Below are positions 29,259 to 42,960 of a stretch of 64,000 nt of DNA, one piece after another. Location: positions 248,001 to 312,000 of the forward strand of contig NIVC01000090.1 in NCBI GenBank assembly GCA_002269645.1, read 5' to 3'. The notes under the pieces are model-generated. The model worked only from the letters and a program-made list of their open reading frames with translations, was not told the DNA's origin and searched no databases. Within the stretch, counting starts at the first letter, position 1. Each line of letters begins with the position of its first letter. This stretch comes from Macrostomum lignano. Lineage: Eukaryota. Position numbers and translations under genes: made by a program.

Positions 29259-31727
29259 CAAGGACTACTTAACAACTAGTGTTTGTGCATTAGGCATTTC
29301 TTGGGACAAGCGTGTATAAACTGACCCGTGCTATTAGGACCAAAAATGTGTTGGGCCAGGCCCAGTAAGTGCGTCCCGACACTTCCAAAAATGAATTCTA
29401 TTGAAATGAAAAAATATTCATTGGAACCGTCTTTCGATTCTCCTTTCAAAAATCATTGTCATTTTTTCATATTTTTAATCAAACACGGGGAATCTAATGA
29501 TTTGCAGTGTCCTAAGAAGTTTAAAAAATTATGCGAACTGATGGTCTGATCCAACAGAACAATTGGGTCTCAAATCGGAATTCTCGTTTTATTACAATAT
29601 TTCTTACAATATCAAGAAAGTCTACTACAAGTAACAGATAAAGGTTCCCTACAGGGCTGCCAATCAACACTTGAAAGGATCCTGACATTTGGCATCGTGT
29701 TTACTAAATATGAAATAATTTAATACAGATTTAGAATATTACAAGCAAGCATACAAACCTTATAGATTTAGTATATTTAGATTTTTGCATAGAAACAGCT
29801 AGCATCTAAATTCATTAGCTTCCAATTTCACTTATACACGAAACATAACAAATTAAGGTTACATCCGCTCGTGCCCTGGGCCATTTTAACTGAAATTCTC
29901 GTTTTAAATCCGCTGCATTAATCTATTTGTCATATGTGAATGGGTATTAACTGACTCAAGTTAGTGACTGGAGGCCATTAACGTAAAGTGACACTTTGAG
30001 TGAGGTAGTTTTCCGGTGGAAATTCTCACAGTCTTATGAAGCGCTTTTAGAGCAAAGAAATAAAGGGCAAAGAAAAACTTTGCATTTCCCGAGAAAACCG
30101 AGGACGAGTATTAGAGGGAAACGTTTAATCTCTAAGGCTTTAAATGACTTCTTTATTGGCCTGGGTTTGGGCAGCCATACTATGCAGCAAATTTTTTCCT
30201 AGAATTATGATAATTATCGTCTGGTATACTGAAAAGTACGGAGATACCAAGAAACTTAAGATGACTGCATGGACTGCTAGCACATGTTTGAGTGTCACTG
30301 TCACTGTAAAGTCTAAATCGATGACTAGTTGGCCCAAAACTACTAGGCCTTCCTGGAAAACAATTCTGCTTATCTTGGATCGTAAAGTTAAACCCACGTA
30401 CAGTGCAGAAGTGTTAGGACAAGCGTGTACAAGACCCAGGCAATCCCTTACCCAGGCCACGCGTACATTCCTATCGCGGCGGGGGGGAAGCGGGGAGGAG
30501 AGGCGGGCGCAAGGGAGTCAGGATAAAGTTTACACTGAAGTTGAGGTCTACAAGAGGAAGAGCCAATTCTAACGGAAAGGTACATGTAGAAGTTCCCTTT
30601 GACAAACGGCGTACTGCATATGTTCAAACGAATATAATTCATTTACGAGACCTGCACTACACAGACAAATTGTGCCACGTCACAAGAGTTTCCATGCATG
30701 ACCTGGCATGAAAAGACTTGGCTAGGAACCATTACACATATGTAAGTAGAATTTAAAATTCTTTTTAAAATTTTATGATTAAATAAAAACTTAACTGGAA
30801 TTTACATATGTACTTTCTAAAATTCCAGATACGTTGATATCGATAAGCTACCGTTTTCTTCTATAACAAACAGATTGGCCTTCATTGTCCAGTAAGTCTT
30901 GTCTCGTACTCGTATATGTCGTATTTTTTTACGTTGAAAAATAATAAGCAGCCTAGTAATACTCTGAGCTCAGTGAAATATAAGAGAGGCGGCACGATCA
31001 CCTTATTTATCAATTAATTTACAACAGCCAGTTGAGCAATCATAAGTAGGCAAAATTTACACTTCTAGGAAGAACAAATTTTACTAAAAGTTTCAATCAA
31101 AACATTTGGGAAAGAAATCTCGCACGACACATCGCCCACAGTACTAGAGACTTGGAGAAATACTATGTGAGTTTGCTGGGCAACTAATGTAATATATTAC
31201 CGTTATAATTCGATAGTCGAATTATTTTTTTACCCAAAGCAGTGCTATTGCATAACTAAAGAACAGTATAAAAATGACAGCATTCTAGAACGAGAAACAA
31301 AGCTTACTGCAAAGTCAAACGCCGAAAAGAAAGGAAGGGCAGAGTCAGCAGCAAAAAAGAAGCTCATCTGATTGGAAAGATGGGCGGTCAGCAAAGAGAT
31401 AGGATCTCAGAAAATTGCAACTCCTAGTAACTGAAACTCAATTGCAATAAGTGTTTTGTTCTCTAGGGCATTATTAAAACAAGTAAGCCTGCCTGCAGTC
31501 AGCTAGTGAGAAAGTAAGTTGTTGCGGCACTATCGGGAAAGTGAAATTTGTACTCCATCTGACTCACACAAGCAGCAGCGTTGGGACAAAACTCGAGTAT
31601 TTTAATTGTACAGTAAAATTTCATTGACAATGAAGCATTTATTAGAACAGCGACATTTAAATCTGTTATCAAACAAATCAGACCGATTTCTCAATAAGTT
31701 ATTTTTCTTTTGTGCGCCCACGCACAG

Positions 31728-34700
31728 GTTCATCCGCATTCAAACTCGCCGCTGCATCCGTCATTTGGTTCACTTGCTGCTCACAAGCCGCAGCAGCAGC
31801 AGCAGCAGCAGCAGCCGCTATCCGTGCAGGCAGTCAGTCTATTTGTGAATTTTCTGGTGGATCTGAAGAAAACCCGTCTGGCACAGGATTAAAGAGAAAG
31901 AGACGATCTGTTTTGGGTGAGTATTATCTGCTGTAGAAGTATTGTACACCAGAGTACTTGTGTTACCTGGTAGAGCACAATTCAAAAGCAATGCAACAAT
32001 CTCAGTGGCATTGTTGGGACACAAGCTACAAACGCAATGAATAGTAAACACAGCCCAGCCTAGCTCAAGGCTAGTAATTTGTTGGGCATTTATTGGGACA
32101 TTGCAGCCAGGCCTATTTTTTGAACAGCATTTGTTGGGTCGCACTTATTGGGACAATACTGATTCTAATCGCGACTACTTCTGAGTTCTGACTTTTCAAA
32201 ACAGACCCAGCATTAGTTGAACAAGTTCTATTAAAGGGTTCCTTTATAGCGTATTAATGATTACTAAAGCAAGCCTATCTTAATTGATTTCTTTTCCTCG
32301 CAGCTTCTGAAGTCAGCAACGCCAGCGACATGCCTAAGAGACAAGAATGCGCTTTAACGATCAGCAGCGAGCATTCTGATCTCGCCGCTGCATCCGTCAT
32401 TTGGTTCACTTGCTGCTCACAAGCCGCAGCAGCAGCAGCAGCAGCAGCAGCCGCTATCCGTGCAGGCAGTCAGTCTATTTGTGAATTTTCTGGTGGATCT
32501 GAAGAAAACCCGTCTGGCACAGGATTAAAGAGAAAGAGACGATCTGTTTTGGGTGAGTATTATCTGCTGTAGAAGTATTGTACACCAGAGTACTTGTGTT
32601 ACCTGGTAGAGCACAATTCAAAAGCAATGCAACAATCTCAGTGGCATTGTTGGGACACAAGCTACAAACGCAATGAATAGTAAACACAGCCCAGCCTAGC
32701 TCAAGGCTAGTAATTTGTTGGGCATTTATTGGGACATTGCAGCCAGGCCTATTTTTTGAACAGCATTTGTTGGGTCGCACTTATTGGGACAATACTGATT
32801 CTAATCGCGACTACTTCTGAGTTCTGACTTTTCAAAACAGACCCAGCATTAGTTGAACAAGTTCTATTAAAGGGTTCCTTTATAGCCTATTAATGATTAC
32901 TAAAGCAAGCCTATCTTAATTGATTTCTTTTACTCGCAGCTTCTGAAGTCAGCAACGCCAGCGACATGCCTAAGAGACAAGAATGCGCTTTAACGATCAG
33001 CAGCGAGCATTCTGATCTCGCCGCTGCATCCGTCATTTGGTTCACTTGCTGCTCACAAGCCGCAGCAGCAGCAGCAGCAGCAGCAGCCGCTATCCGTGCA
33101 GGCAGTCAGTCTATTTGTGAATTTTCTGGTGGATCTGAAGAAAACCCGTCTGGCACAGGATTAAAGAGAAAGAGACGATCTGTTTTGGGTGAGTATTATC
33201 TGCTGTAGAAGTATTGTACACCAGAGTACTTGTGTTACCTGGTAGAGCACAATTCAAAAGCAATGCAACAATCTCAGTGGCATTGTTGGGACACAAGCTA
33301 CAAACGCAATGAATAGTAAACACAGCCCAGCCTAGCTCAAGGCTAGTAATTTGTTGGGCATTTATTGGGACATTGCAGCCAGGCCTATTTTTTGAACAGC
33401 ATTTGTTGGGTCGCACTTATTGGGACAATACTGATTCTAATCGCGACTACTTCTGAGTTCTGACTTTTCAAAACAGACCCAGCATTAGTTGAACACGTTC
33501 TATTAAAGGGTTCCTTTATAGCCTATTAATGATTACTAAAGCAAGCCTATCTTAATTGATTTCTTTTCCTCGCAGCTTCTGAAGTCAGCAACGCCAGCGA
33601 CATGCCTAAGAGACAAGAATGCGCTTTAACGATCAGCAGCGAGCATTCTGATCTCGCCGCTGCATCCGTCATTTGGTTCACTTGCTGCTCACAAGCCGCA
33701 GCAGCAGCAGCAGCAGCAGCAGCCGCTATCCGTGCAGGCAGTCAGTCTATTTGTGAATTTTCTGGTGGATCTGAAGAAAACCCGTCTGGCACAGGATTAA
33801 AGAGAAAGAGACGATCTGTTTTGGGTGAGTATTATCTGCTGTAGAAGTATTGTACACCAGAGTACTTGTGTTACCTGGTAGAGCACAATTCAAAAGCAAT
33901 GCAACAATCTCAGTGGCATTGTTGGGACACAAGCTACAAACGCAATGAATAGTAAACACAGCCCAGCCTAGCTCAAGGCTAGTAATTTGTTGGGCATTTA
34001 TTGGGACATTGCAGCCAGGCCTATTTTTTGAACAGCATTTGTTGGGTCGCACTTATTGGGACAATACTGATTCTAATCGCGACTACTTCTGAGTTCTGAC
34101 TTTTCAAAACAGACCCAGCATTAGTTGAACACGTTCTATTAAAGGGTTCCTTTATAGCCTATTAATGATTACTAAAGCAAGCCTATCTTAATTGATTTCT
34201 TTTCCTCGCAGCTTCTGAAGTCAGCAACGCCAGCGACATGCCTAAGAGACAAGAATGCGCTTTAACGATCAGCAGCGAGCATTCTGATCTCGCCGCTGCA
34301 TCCGTCATTTGGTTCACTTGCTGCTCACAAGCCGCAGCAGCAGCAGCAGCAGCAGCAGCCGCTATCCGTGCAGGCAGTCAGTCTATTTGTGAATTTTCTG
34401 GTGGATCTGAAGAAAACCCGTCTGGCACAGGATTAAAGAGAAAGAGACGATCTGTTTTGGGTGAGTATTATCTGCTGTAGAAGTATTGTACACCAGAGTA
34501 CTTGTGTTACCTGGTAGAGCACAATTCAAAAGCAATGCAACAATCTCAGTGGCATTGTTGGGACACAAGCTACAAACGCAATGAATAGTAAACACAGCCC
34601 AGCCTAGCTCAAGGCTAGTAATTTGTTGGGCATTTATTGGGACATTGCAGCCAGGCCTATTTTTTGAACAGCATTTGTTGGGTCGCACTTATTGGGACAA

Positions 34701-37700
34701 TACTGATTCTAATCGCGACTACTTCTGAGTTCTGACTTTTCAAAACAGACCCAGCATTAGTTGAACACGTTCTATTAAAGGGTTCCTTTATAGCCTATTA
34801 ATGATTACTAAAGCAAGCCTATCTTAATTGATTTCTTTTCCTCGCAGCTTCTGAAGTCAGCAACGCCAGCGACATGCCTAAGAGACAAGAATGCGCTTTA
34901 ACGATCAGCAGCGAGCATTCTGATCTCGCCGCTGCATCCGTCATTTGGTTCACTTGCTGCTCACAAGCCGCAGCAGCAGCAGCAGCAGCAGCAGCCGCTA
35001 TCCGTGCAGGCAGTCAGTCTATTTGTGAATTTTCTGGTGGATCTGAAGAAAACCCGTCTGGCACAGGATTAAAGAGAAAGAGACGATCTGTTTTGGGTGA
35101 GTATTATCTGCTGTAGAAGTATTGTACACCAGAGTACTTGTGTTACCTGGTAGAGCACAATTCAAAAGCAATGCAACAATCTCAGTGGCATTGTTGGGAC
35201 ACAAGCTACAAACGCAATGAATAGTAAACACAGCCCAGCCTAGCTCAAGGCTAGTAATTTGTTGGGCATTTATTGGGACATTGCAGCCAGGCCTATTTTT
35301 TGAACAGCATTTGTTGGGTCGCACTTATTGGGACAATACTGATTCTAATCGCGACTACTTCTGAGTTCTGACTTTTCAAAACAGACCCAGCATTAGTTGA
35401 ACACGTTCTATTAAAGGGTTCCTTTATAGCCTATTAATGATTACTAAAGCAAGCCTATCTTAATTGATTTCTTTTCCTCGCAGCTTCTGAAGTCAGCAAC
35501 GCCAGCGACATGCCTAAGAGACAAGAATGCGCTTTAACGATCAGCAGCGAGCATTCTGATCTCGCCGCTGCATCCGTCATTTGGTTCACTTGCTGCTCAC
35601 AAGCCGCAGCAGCAGCAGCAGCAGCAGCAGCCGCTATCCGTGCAGGCAGTCAGTCTATTTGTGAATTTTCTGGTGGATCTGAAGAAAACCCGTCTGGCAC
35701 AGGATTAAAGAGAAAGAGACGATCTGTTTTGGGTGAGTATTATCTGCTGTAGAAGTATTGTACACCAGAGTACTTGTGTTACCTGGTAGAGCACAATTCA
35801 AAAGCAATGCAACAATCTCAGTGGCATTGTTGGGACACAAGCTACAAACGCAATGAATAGTAAACACAGCCCAGCCTAGCTCAAGGCTAGTAATTTGTTG
35901 GGCATTTATTGGGACATTGCAGCCAGGCCTATTTTTTGAACAGCATTTGTTGGGTCGCACTTATTGGGACAATACTGATTCTAATCGCGACTACTTCTGA
36001 GTTCTGACTTTTCAAAACAGACCCAGCATTAGTTGAACACGTTCTATTAAAGGGTTCCTTTATAGCCTATTAATGATTACTAAAGCAAGCCTATCTTAAT
36101 TGATTTCTTTTCCTCGCAGCTTCTGAAGTCAGCAACGCCAGCGACATGCCTAAGAGACAAGAATGCGCTTTAACGATCAGCAGCGAGCATTCTGATCTCG
36201 CCGCTGCATCCGTCATTTGGTTCACTTGCTGCTCACAAGCCGCAGCAGCAGCAGCAGCAGCAGCAGCCGCTATCCGTGCAGGCAGTCAGTCTATTTGTGA
36301 ATTTTCTGGTGGATCTGAAGAAAACCCGTCTGGCACAGGATTAAAGAGAAAGAGACGATCTGTTTTGGGTGAGTATTATCTGCTGTAGAAGTATTGTACA
36401 CCAGAGTACTTGTGTTACCTGGTAGAGCACAATTCAAAAGCAATGCAACAATCTCAGTGGCATTGTTGGGACACAAGCTACAAACGCAATGAATAGTAAA
36501 CACAGCCCAGCCTAGCTCAAGGCTAGTAATTTGTTGGGCATTTATTGGGACATTGCAGCCAGGCCTATTTTTTGAACAGCATTTGTTGGGTCGCACTTAT
36601 TGGGACAATACTGATTCTAATCGCGACTACTTCTGAGTTCTGACTTTTCAAAACAGACCCAGCATTAGTTGAACACGTTCTATTAAAGGGTTCCTTTATA
36701 GCCTATTAATGATTACTAAAGCAAGCCTATCTTAATTGATTTCTTTTCCTCGCAGCTTCTGAAGTCAGCAACGCCAGCGACATGCCTAAGAGACAAGAAT
36801 GCGCTTTAACGATCAGCAGCGAGCATTCTGATCTCGCCGCTGCATCCGTCATTTGGTTCACTTGCTGCTCACAAGCCGCAGCAGCAGCAGCAGCAGCAGC
36901 AGCCGCTATCCGTGCAGGCAGTCAGTCTATTTGTGAATTTTCTGGTGGATCTGAAGAAAACCCGTCTGGCACAGGATTAAAGAGAAAGAGACGATCTGTT
37001 TTGGGTGAGTATTATCTGCTGTAGAAGTATTGTACACCAGAGTACTTGTGTTACCTGGTAGAGCACAATTCAAAAGCAATGCAACAATCTCAGTGGCATT
37101 GTTGGGACACAAGCTACAAACGCAATGAATAGTAAACACAGCCCAGCCTAGCTCAAGGCTAGTAATTTGTTGGGCATTTATTGGGACATTGCAGCCAGGC
37201 CTATTTTTTGAACAGCATTTGTTGGGTCGCACTTATTGGGACAATACTGATTCTAATCGCGACTACTTCTGAGTTCTGACTTTTCAAAACAGACCCAGCA
37301 TTAGTTGAACACGTTCTATTAAAGGGTTCCTTTATAGCCTATTAATGATTACTAAAGCAAGCCTATCTTAATTGATTTCTTTTCCTCGCAGCTTCTGAAG
37401 TCAGCAACGCCAGCGACATGCCTAAGAGACAAGAATGCGCTTTAACGATCAGCAGCGAGCATTCTGATCTCGCCGCTGCATCCGTCATTTGGTTCACTTG
37501 CTGCTCACAAGCCGCAGCAGCAGCAGCAGCAGCAGCAGCCGCTATCCGTGCAGGCAGTCAGTCTATTTGTGAATTTTCTGGTGGATCTGAAGAAAACCCG
37601 TCTGGCACAGGATTAAAGAGAAAGAGACGATCTGTTTTGGGTGAGTATTATCTGCTGTAGAAGTATTGTACACCAGAGTACTTGTGTTACCTGGTAGAGC

Positions 37701-39517
37701 ACAATTCAAAAGCAATGCAACAATCTCAGTGGCATTGTTGGGACACAAGCTACAAACGCAATGAATAGTAAACACAGCCCAGCCTAGCTCAAGGCTAGTA
37801 ATTTGTTGGGCATTTATTGGGACATTGCAGCCAGGCCTATTTTTTGAACAGCATTTGTTGGGTCGCACTTATTGGGACAATACTGATTCTAATCGCGACT
37901 ACTTCTGAGTTCTGACTTTTCAAAACAGACCCAGCATTAGTTGAACACGTTCTATTAAAGGGTTCCTTTATAGCCTATTAATGATTACTAAAGCAAGCCT
38001 ATCTTAATTGATTTCTTTTCCTCGCAGCTTCTGAAGTCAGCAACGCCAGCGACATGCCTAAGAGACAAGAATGCGCTTTAACGATCAGCAGCGAGCATTC
38101 TGATCTCGCCGCTGCATCCGTCATTTGGTTCACTTGCTGCTCACAAGCCGCAGCAGCAGCAGCAGCAGCAGCAGCCGCTATCCGTGCAGGCAGTCAGTCT
38201 ATTTGTGAATTTTCTGGTGGATCTGAAGAAAACCCGTCTGGCACAGGATTAAAGAGAAAGAGACGATCTGTTTTGGGTGAGTATTATCTGCTGTAGAAGT
38301 ATTGTACACCAGAGTACTTGTGTTACCTGGTAGAGCACAATTCAAAAGCAATGCAACAATCTCAGTGGCATTGTTGGGACACAAGCTACAAACGCAATGA
38401 ATAGTAAACACAGCCCAGCCTAGCTCAAGGCTAGTAATTTGTTGGGCATTTATTGGGACATTGCAGCCAGGCCTATTTTTTGAACAGCATTTGTTGGGTC
38501 GCACTTATTGGGACAATACTGATTCTAATCGCGACTACTTCTGAGTTCTGACTTTTCAAAACAGACCCAGCATTAGTTGAACACGTTCTATTAAAGGGTT
38601 CCTTTATAGCCTATTAATGATTACTAAAGCAAGCCTATCTTAATTGATTTCTTTTCCTCGCAGCTTCTGAAGTCAGCAACGCCAGCGACATGCCTAAGAG
38701 ACAAGAATGCGCTTTAACGATCAGCAGCGAGCATTCTGATCTCGCCGCTGCATCCGTCATTTGGTTCACTTGCTGCTCACAAGCCGCAGCAGCAGCAGCA
38801 GCAGCAGCAGCCGCTATCCGTGCAGGCAGTCAGTCTATTTGTGAATTTTCTGGTGGATCTGAAGAAAACCCGTCTGGCACAGGATTAAAGAGAAAGAGAC
38901 GATCTGTTTTGGGTGAGTATTATCTGCTGTAGAAGTATTGTACACCAGAGTACTTGTGTTACCTGGTAGAGCACAATTCAAAAGCAATGCAACAATCTCA
39001 GTGGCATTGTTGGGACACAAGCTACAAACGCAATGAATAGTAAACACAGCCCAGCCTAGCTCAAGGCTAGTAATTTGTTGGGCATTTATTGGGACATTGC
39101 AGCCAGGCCTATTTTTTGAACAGCATTTGTTGGGTCGCACTTATTGGGACAATACTGATTCTAATCGCGACTACTTCTGAGTTCTGACTTTTCAAAACAG
39201 ACCCAGCATTAGTTGAACACGTTCTATTAAAGGGTTCCTTTATAGCCTATTAATGATTACTAAAGCAAGCCTATCTTAATTGATTTCTTTTCCTCGCAGC
39301 TTCTGAAGTCAGCAACGCCAGCGACATGCCTAAGAGACAAGAATGCGCTTTAACGATCAGCAGCGAGCATTCTGATCTCGCCGCTGCATCCGTCATTTGG
39401 TTCACTTGCTGCTCACAAGCCGCAGCAGCAGCAGCAGCAGCAGCAGCCGCTATCCGTGCCGGCAGTCAGTTAATTGATGAGTTTTCTGGCAGAGCTGGTT
39501 ATTTTTTAAGTTTCTGA
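31728..39517 (+). repeat. satellite array A: ~12.2 near-identical 636-bp monomers, each with a candidate 249-nt exon and (GCA)n tract
   Basis: Identical ORFs recur every 636 bp from 32330 to 39326. Confidence 0.95.
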
Positions 39518-39669
39518 ATCGAGAAGCCGATTAACTGTTGTGTGCTTCACTGGAATATTATTCAGAGGACGCATTTTTTTGCAGTCTGTTTCTAATAAAA
39601 TCCGGTGCAATGACCGCGGTAGAGCTCTAGCATTTGCTTTTTATAGTATTTGTGTATATTCTTTTTCAA

Positions 39670-39850
39670 GCTATGCTGGAATTGTTGGGACAGCCCCATC
39701 CACACTGGCTATGGTGGAATTGTTGGGCAGCCCTATCCACACTGGCTATGCTGGAATTGTTGGGACAGCCCTATCCACACTGGCTATGCTGGAATTGTTG
39801 GGACAGCCCTATCCACACTGGCTATGCTGGAATTGTTGGGACAGCCCCAT
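39670..39850. repeat. 38-bp minisatellite (~5 units) containing TTGGGAC
   Basis: ctatg recurs at 39671, 39709, 39746, 39784 and 39822. Confidence 0.9.
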
Positions 39851-40464
39851 ACTATAGTGTGTGCTGGCTTCTGCTATAGTGTGGTTCATTTCCGCATCCT
39901 TTTACGTAGCATTCTGTGGGTCCGAATAGCTGACATGTACCTTTTGAGTAATTCTAGTGATTGTGTCATAATCAATAAAGTACATTTTTATGAACAGTGG
40001 AGTTTCGCTACAGAATTGTTTTTTCCCAGTGGCACTAAATGTAGCAAATTTTGTTTATTCAGATCGTAAAATTTTTTTGATATGTGTCAATGTCGTTTGT
40101 TTTCGATAACCTTAAAGTCCCTTGCCATTTACCATCCTGTCTTCTATAATCTATGATCGCTGAAATTATCTAGTGAAATTTGACGCGCTGATATTATTGC
40201 CTTAAGTGGAATTCAGCAAGACACCAGGGTTTTTTAATTCTGTTTTAGACAAGTATACATGTACAATCTGTTGTGAGTTCAATGCACCTCGAAAAATGCT
40301 TTCCAACTGTTTTCAGTAAGCCAAAAGCATGTTGTCAATAAAAATCGATTTGGTGGGTTGAAAATTGCCTGTGTGGGGACGTGTGTGTGTGTGATTTTTC
40401 GTGTGTCGGAGCAGTCCCAATATGTGCAAGCTTTTGCACACTTGGCCAATAAGTGCCTCGTGCA

Positions 40465-40467
<3 letters not shown>

Positions 40468-40516
<49 letters not shown>
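40468..40516. repeat. (GT)n microsatellite at the junction of the two internal halves of the TIR element
   Basis: Directly visible. Sequence after it repeats the start at 29281; sequence before it matches 48530-48567. Confidence 0.95.
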
Positions 40517-40517
<1 letters not shown>

Positions 40518-42960
40518 ATTAGGCATTTCTTGGGACAAGCGTGTATAAACTGACCCGTGCTATTAGGACCAAAAATGTGTTGGGCCAGGCCCAATAAGTG
40601 CGTCCCGACACTTCCAAAAATGAATTCTATTGAAATGAAAAAATATTCATTGGAACCGTCTTTCGATTCTCCTTTCAAAAATCATTGTCATTTTTTCATA
40701 TTTTTAATCAAACACGGGGAATCTAATGATTTGCAGTGTCCTAAGAAGTTTAAAAAATTATGCGAACTGATGGTCTGATCCAACAGAACAATTGGGTCTC
40801 AAATCGGAATTCTCGTTTTATTACAATATTTCTTACAATATCAAGAAAGTCTACTACAAGTAACAGATAAAGGTTCCCTACAGGGCTGCCAATCAACACT
40901 TGAAAGGATCCTGACATTTGGCATCGTGTTTACTAAATATGAAATAATTTAATACAGATTTAGAATATTACAAGCAAGCATACAAACCTAATAGATTTAG
41001 TATATTTAGATTTTTGCATAGAAACAGCTAGCATCTAAATTCATTAGCTTCCAATTTCACTTATACACGAAACATAACAAATTAAGGTTACATCCGCTCG
41101 TGCCCTGGGCCATTTTAACTGAAATTCTCGTTTTAAATCCGCTGCATTAATCTATTTGTCATATGTGAATGGGATTAACGGACTCAAGTTAGTGACTGGA
41201 GGCCATTAACGTAAAGTGACACTTTGAGTGAGGTAGTTTTCCGGTGGAAATTCTCACAGTCTTATGAAGCGCTTTTAGAGCAAAGAAATAAAGGGCAAAG
41301 AAAAACTTTGCATTTCCCGAGAAAACCGAGGACGAGTATTAGAGGGAAACGTTTAATCTCTAAGGCTTTAAATGACTTCTTTATTGGCCTGGGTTTGGGC
41401 AGCCATACTATGCAGCAAATTTTTTCCTAGAATTATGATAATTATCGTCTGGTATACTGAAAAGTACGGAGATACCAAGAAACTTAAGATGACTGCATGG
41501 ACTGCTAGCACATGTTTGAGTGTCACTGTCACTGTAAAGTCTAAATCGATGACTAGTTGGCCCAAAACTACTAGGCCTTCCTGGAAAACAATTCTGCTTA
41601 TCTCGGATCGTAAAGATAAACCCACGTACAGTGCAGAAGTGTTAGGACAAGCGTGTACAAGACCCAGGCAATCCCTTACCCAGGCCACGCGTACATTCCT
41701 ATCGCGGCGGGGGGAAGCGGGGAGGAGAGGCGGGTGCAAGGGAGTCGGGATAAAGTTTACACTGAAGTTGAGGCCTACAAGAGGAAGAGCCAATTCTAAC
41801 GGAAAGGTTCATGTAGAAGTTCCCTTTGACAAACGGCGTACTGCATATGTTCAAAACGAATATAATTCATTTACGAGACCTGCACTACACAGACAAAATG
41901 TGCCATGTCACAAGAGTTTCCATGCATGACCTGGCATGAAAAGACTTGGCTAGGAACCATTACACATATGTAAGTAGAATTTAAAATTCTTTTTAAAATT
42001 TTATGATTAAATAAAAACTTAACTGGAATTTACATATGTCTTTTCTAAAATTCCAGATACGTTGATTTCGATAAGCTACCGTTTTCTTCTATAACAAACA
42101 GATTTGCCTTCATTGTCCAGTAAGTATTGTCTCGTACTCGTATATGTCGTATTTTTTGTACGTTGAAAAAAATAATTAGCAGCCTAGTAATACTCTGAGC
42201 TCAGTGAAATATAAGAGAGGCGGCACGATCACCTTATTTATCAATTAATTTACAACAGCCAGTTGAGCAATCATAAGTAGGCAAAATTTACACTTCTAGG
42301 AAGAACAAATTTTACTAAAAGTTTCAATCAAAACATTTAGGAAAGAAATCTCGCATGACACATCGCCCACAGTACTAGAGACTTGGAGAAATACTATGTG
42401 AGTTTGCTGGGCAACTAATATAATATATTACTGTTATAATTCGATAGTCAAATTATTTTTCTACTCAAAGCAGTATTATTACATAACTAAAGAACAGTAT
42501 AAAATGACAGCATTCTAGAACGAGAAACAAAGCTTACTGCAAAGGCAAACGCCTAAAGAAAAGCAGGGCAGAGTCAGCAACAAAAAAGAAGCTCATCTGA
42601 TTGGGAAGATGGGCGGTCAGCAAAGAGATAGGATCTCAGAAAATTGCAACTCCCAGTAACTAAAACTTAATTGCAATAAGTGTTTTGTTTTCTAGGGCAT
42701 TATTAAAACAAGCAAGCCTGCCTGCAGTCAGCTAAGGGCAAAGTAAGTTGCTGCGGCACTATCGAGAAAGTGAAATTTGTACATACTCCATCTAACTGAC
42801 ACAAGCAGCACCGTTGGGACAAACTACGAGTATTTTAATTGTACAGTAAAATTTCATTGACAATGAAGCATTTATTAGAACAGCGACATTTAAATCTGTT
42901 TTCAAACAAATCAGACAGATTTCTCAATAAGTGATTTTTCTTTTGTGCGCCCACGCACAG

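Noticed and set aside
29996-30642. ORFs near the left end of the TIR element as a possible transposase or THAP domain
   Set aside because: No C2CH THAP, BED finger or DDE/RNase H-like motifs were recognisable, and frames differ between the two halves.
31839-39140. Repeated minus-strand 101-aa ORF (MRPNKCCSK...) and a poly-Gln reading of the CAG tract
   Set aside because: The minus ORF spans the candidate intron and is broken by the 1-bp deletion in array B. The poly-Gln frame contains stops within the splice-defined exon.
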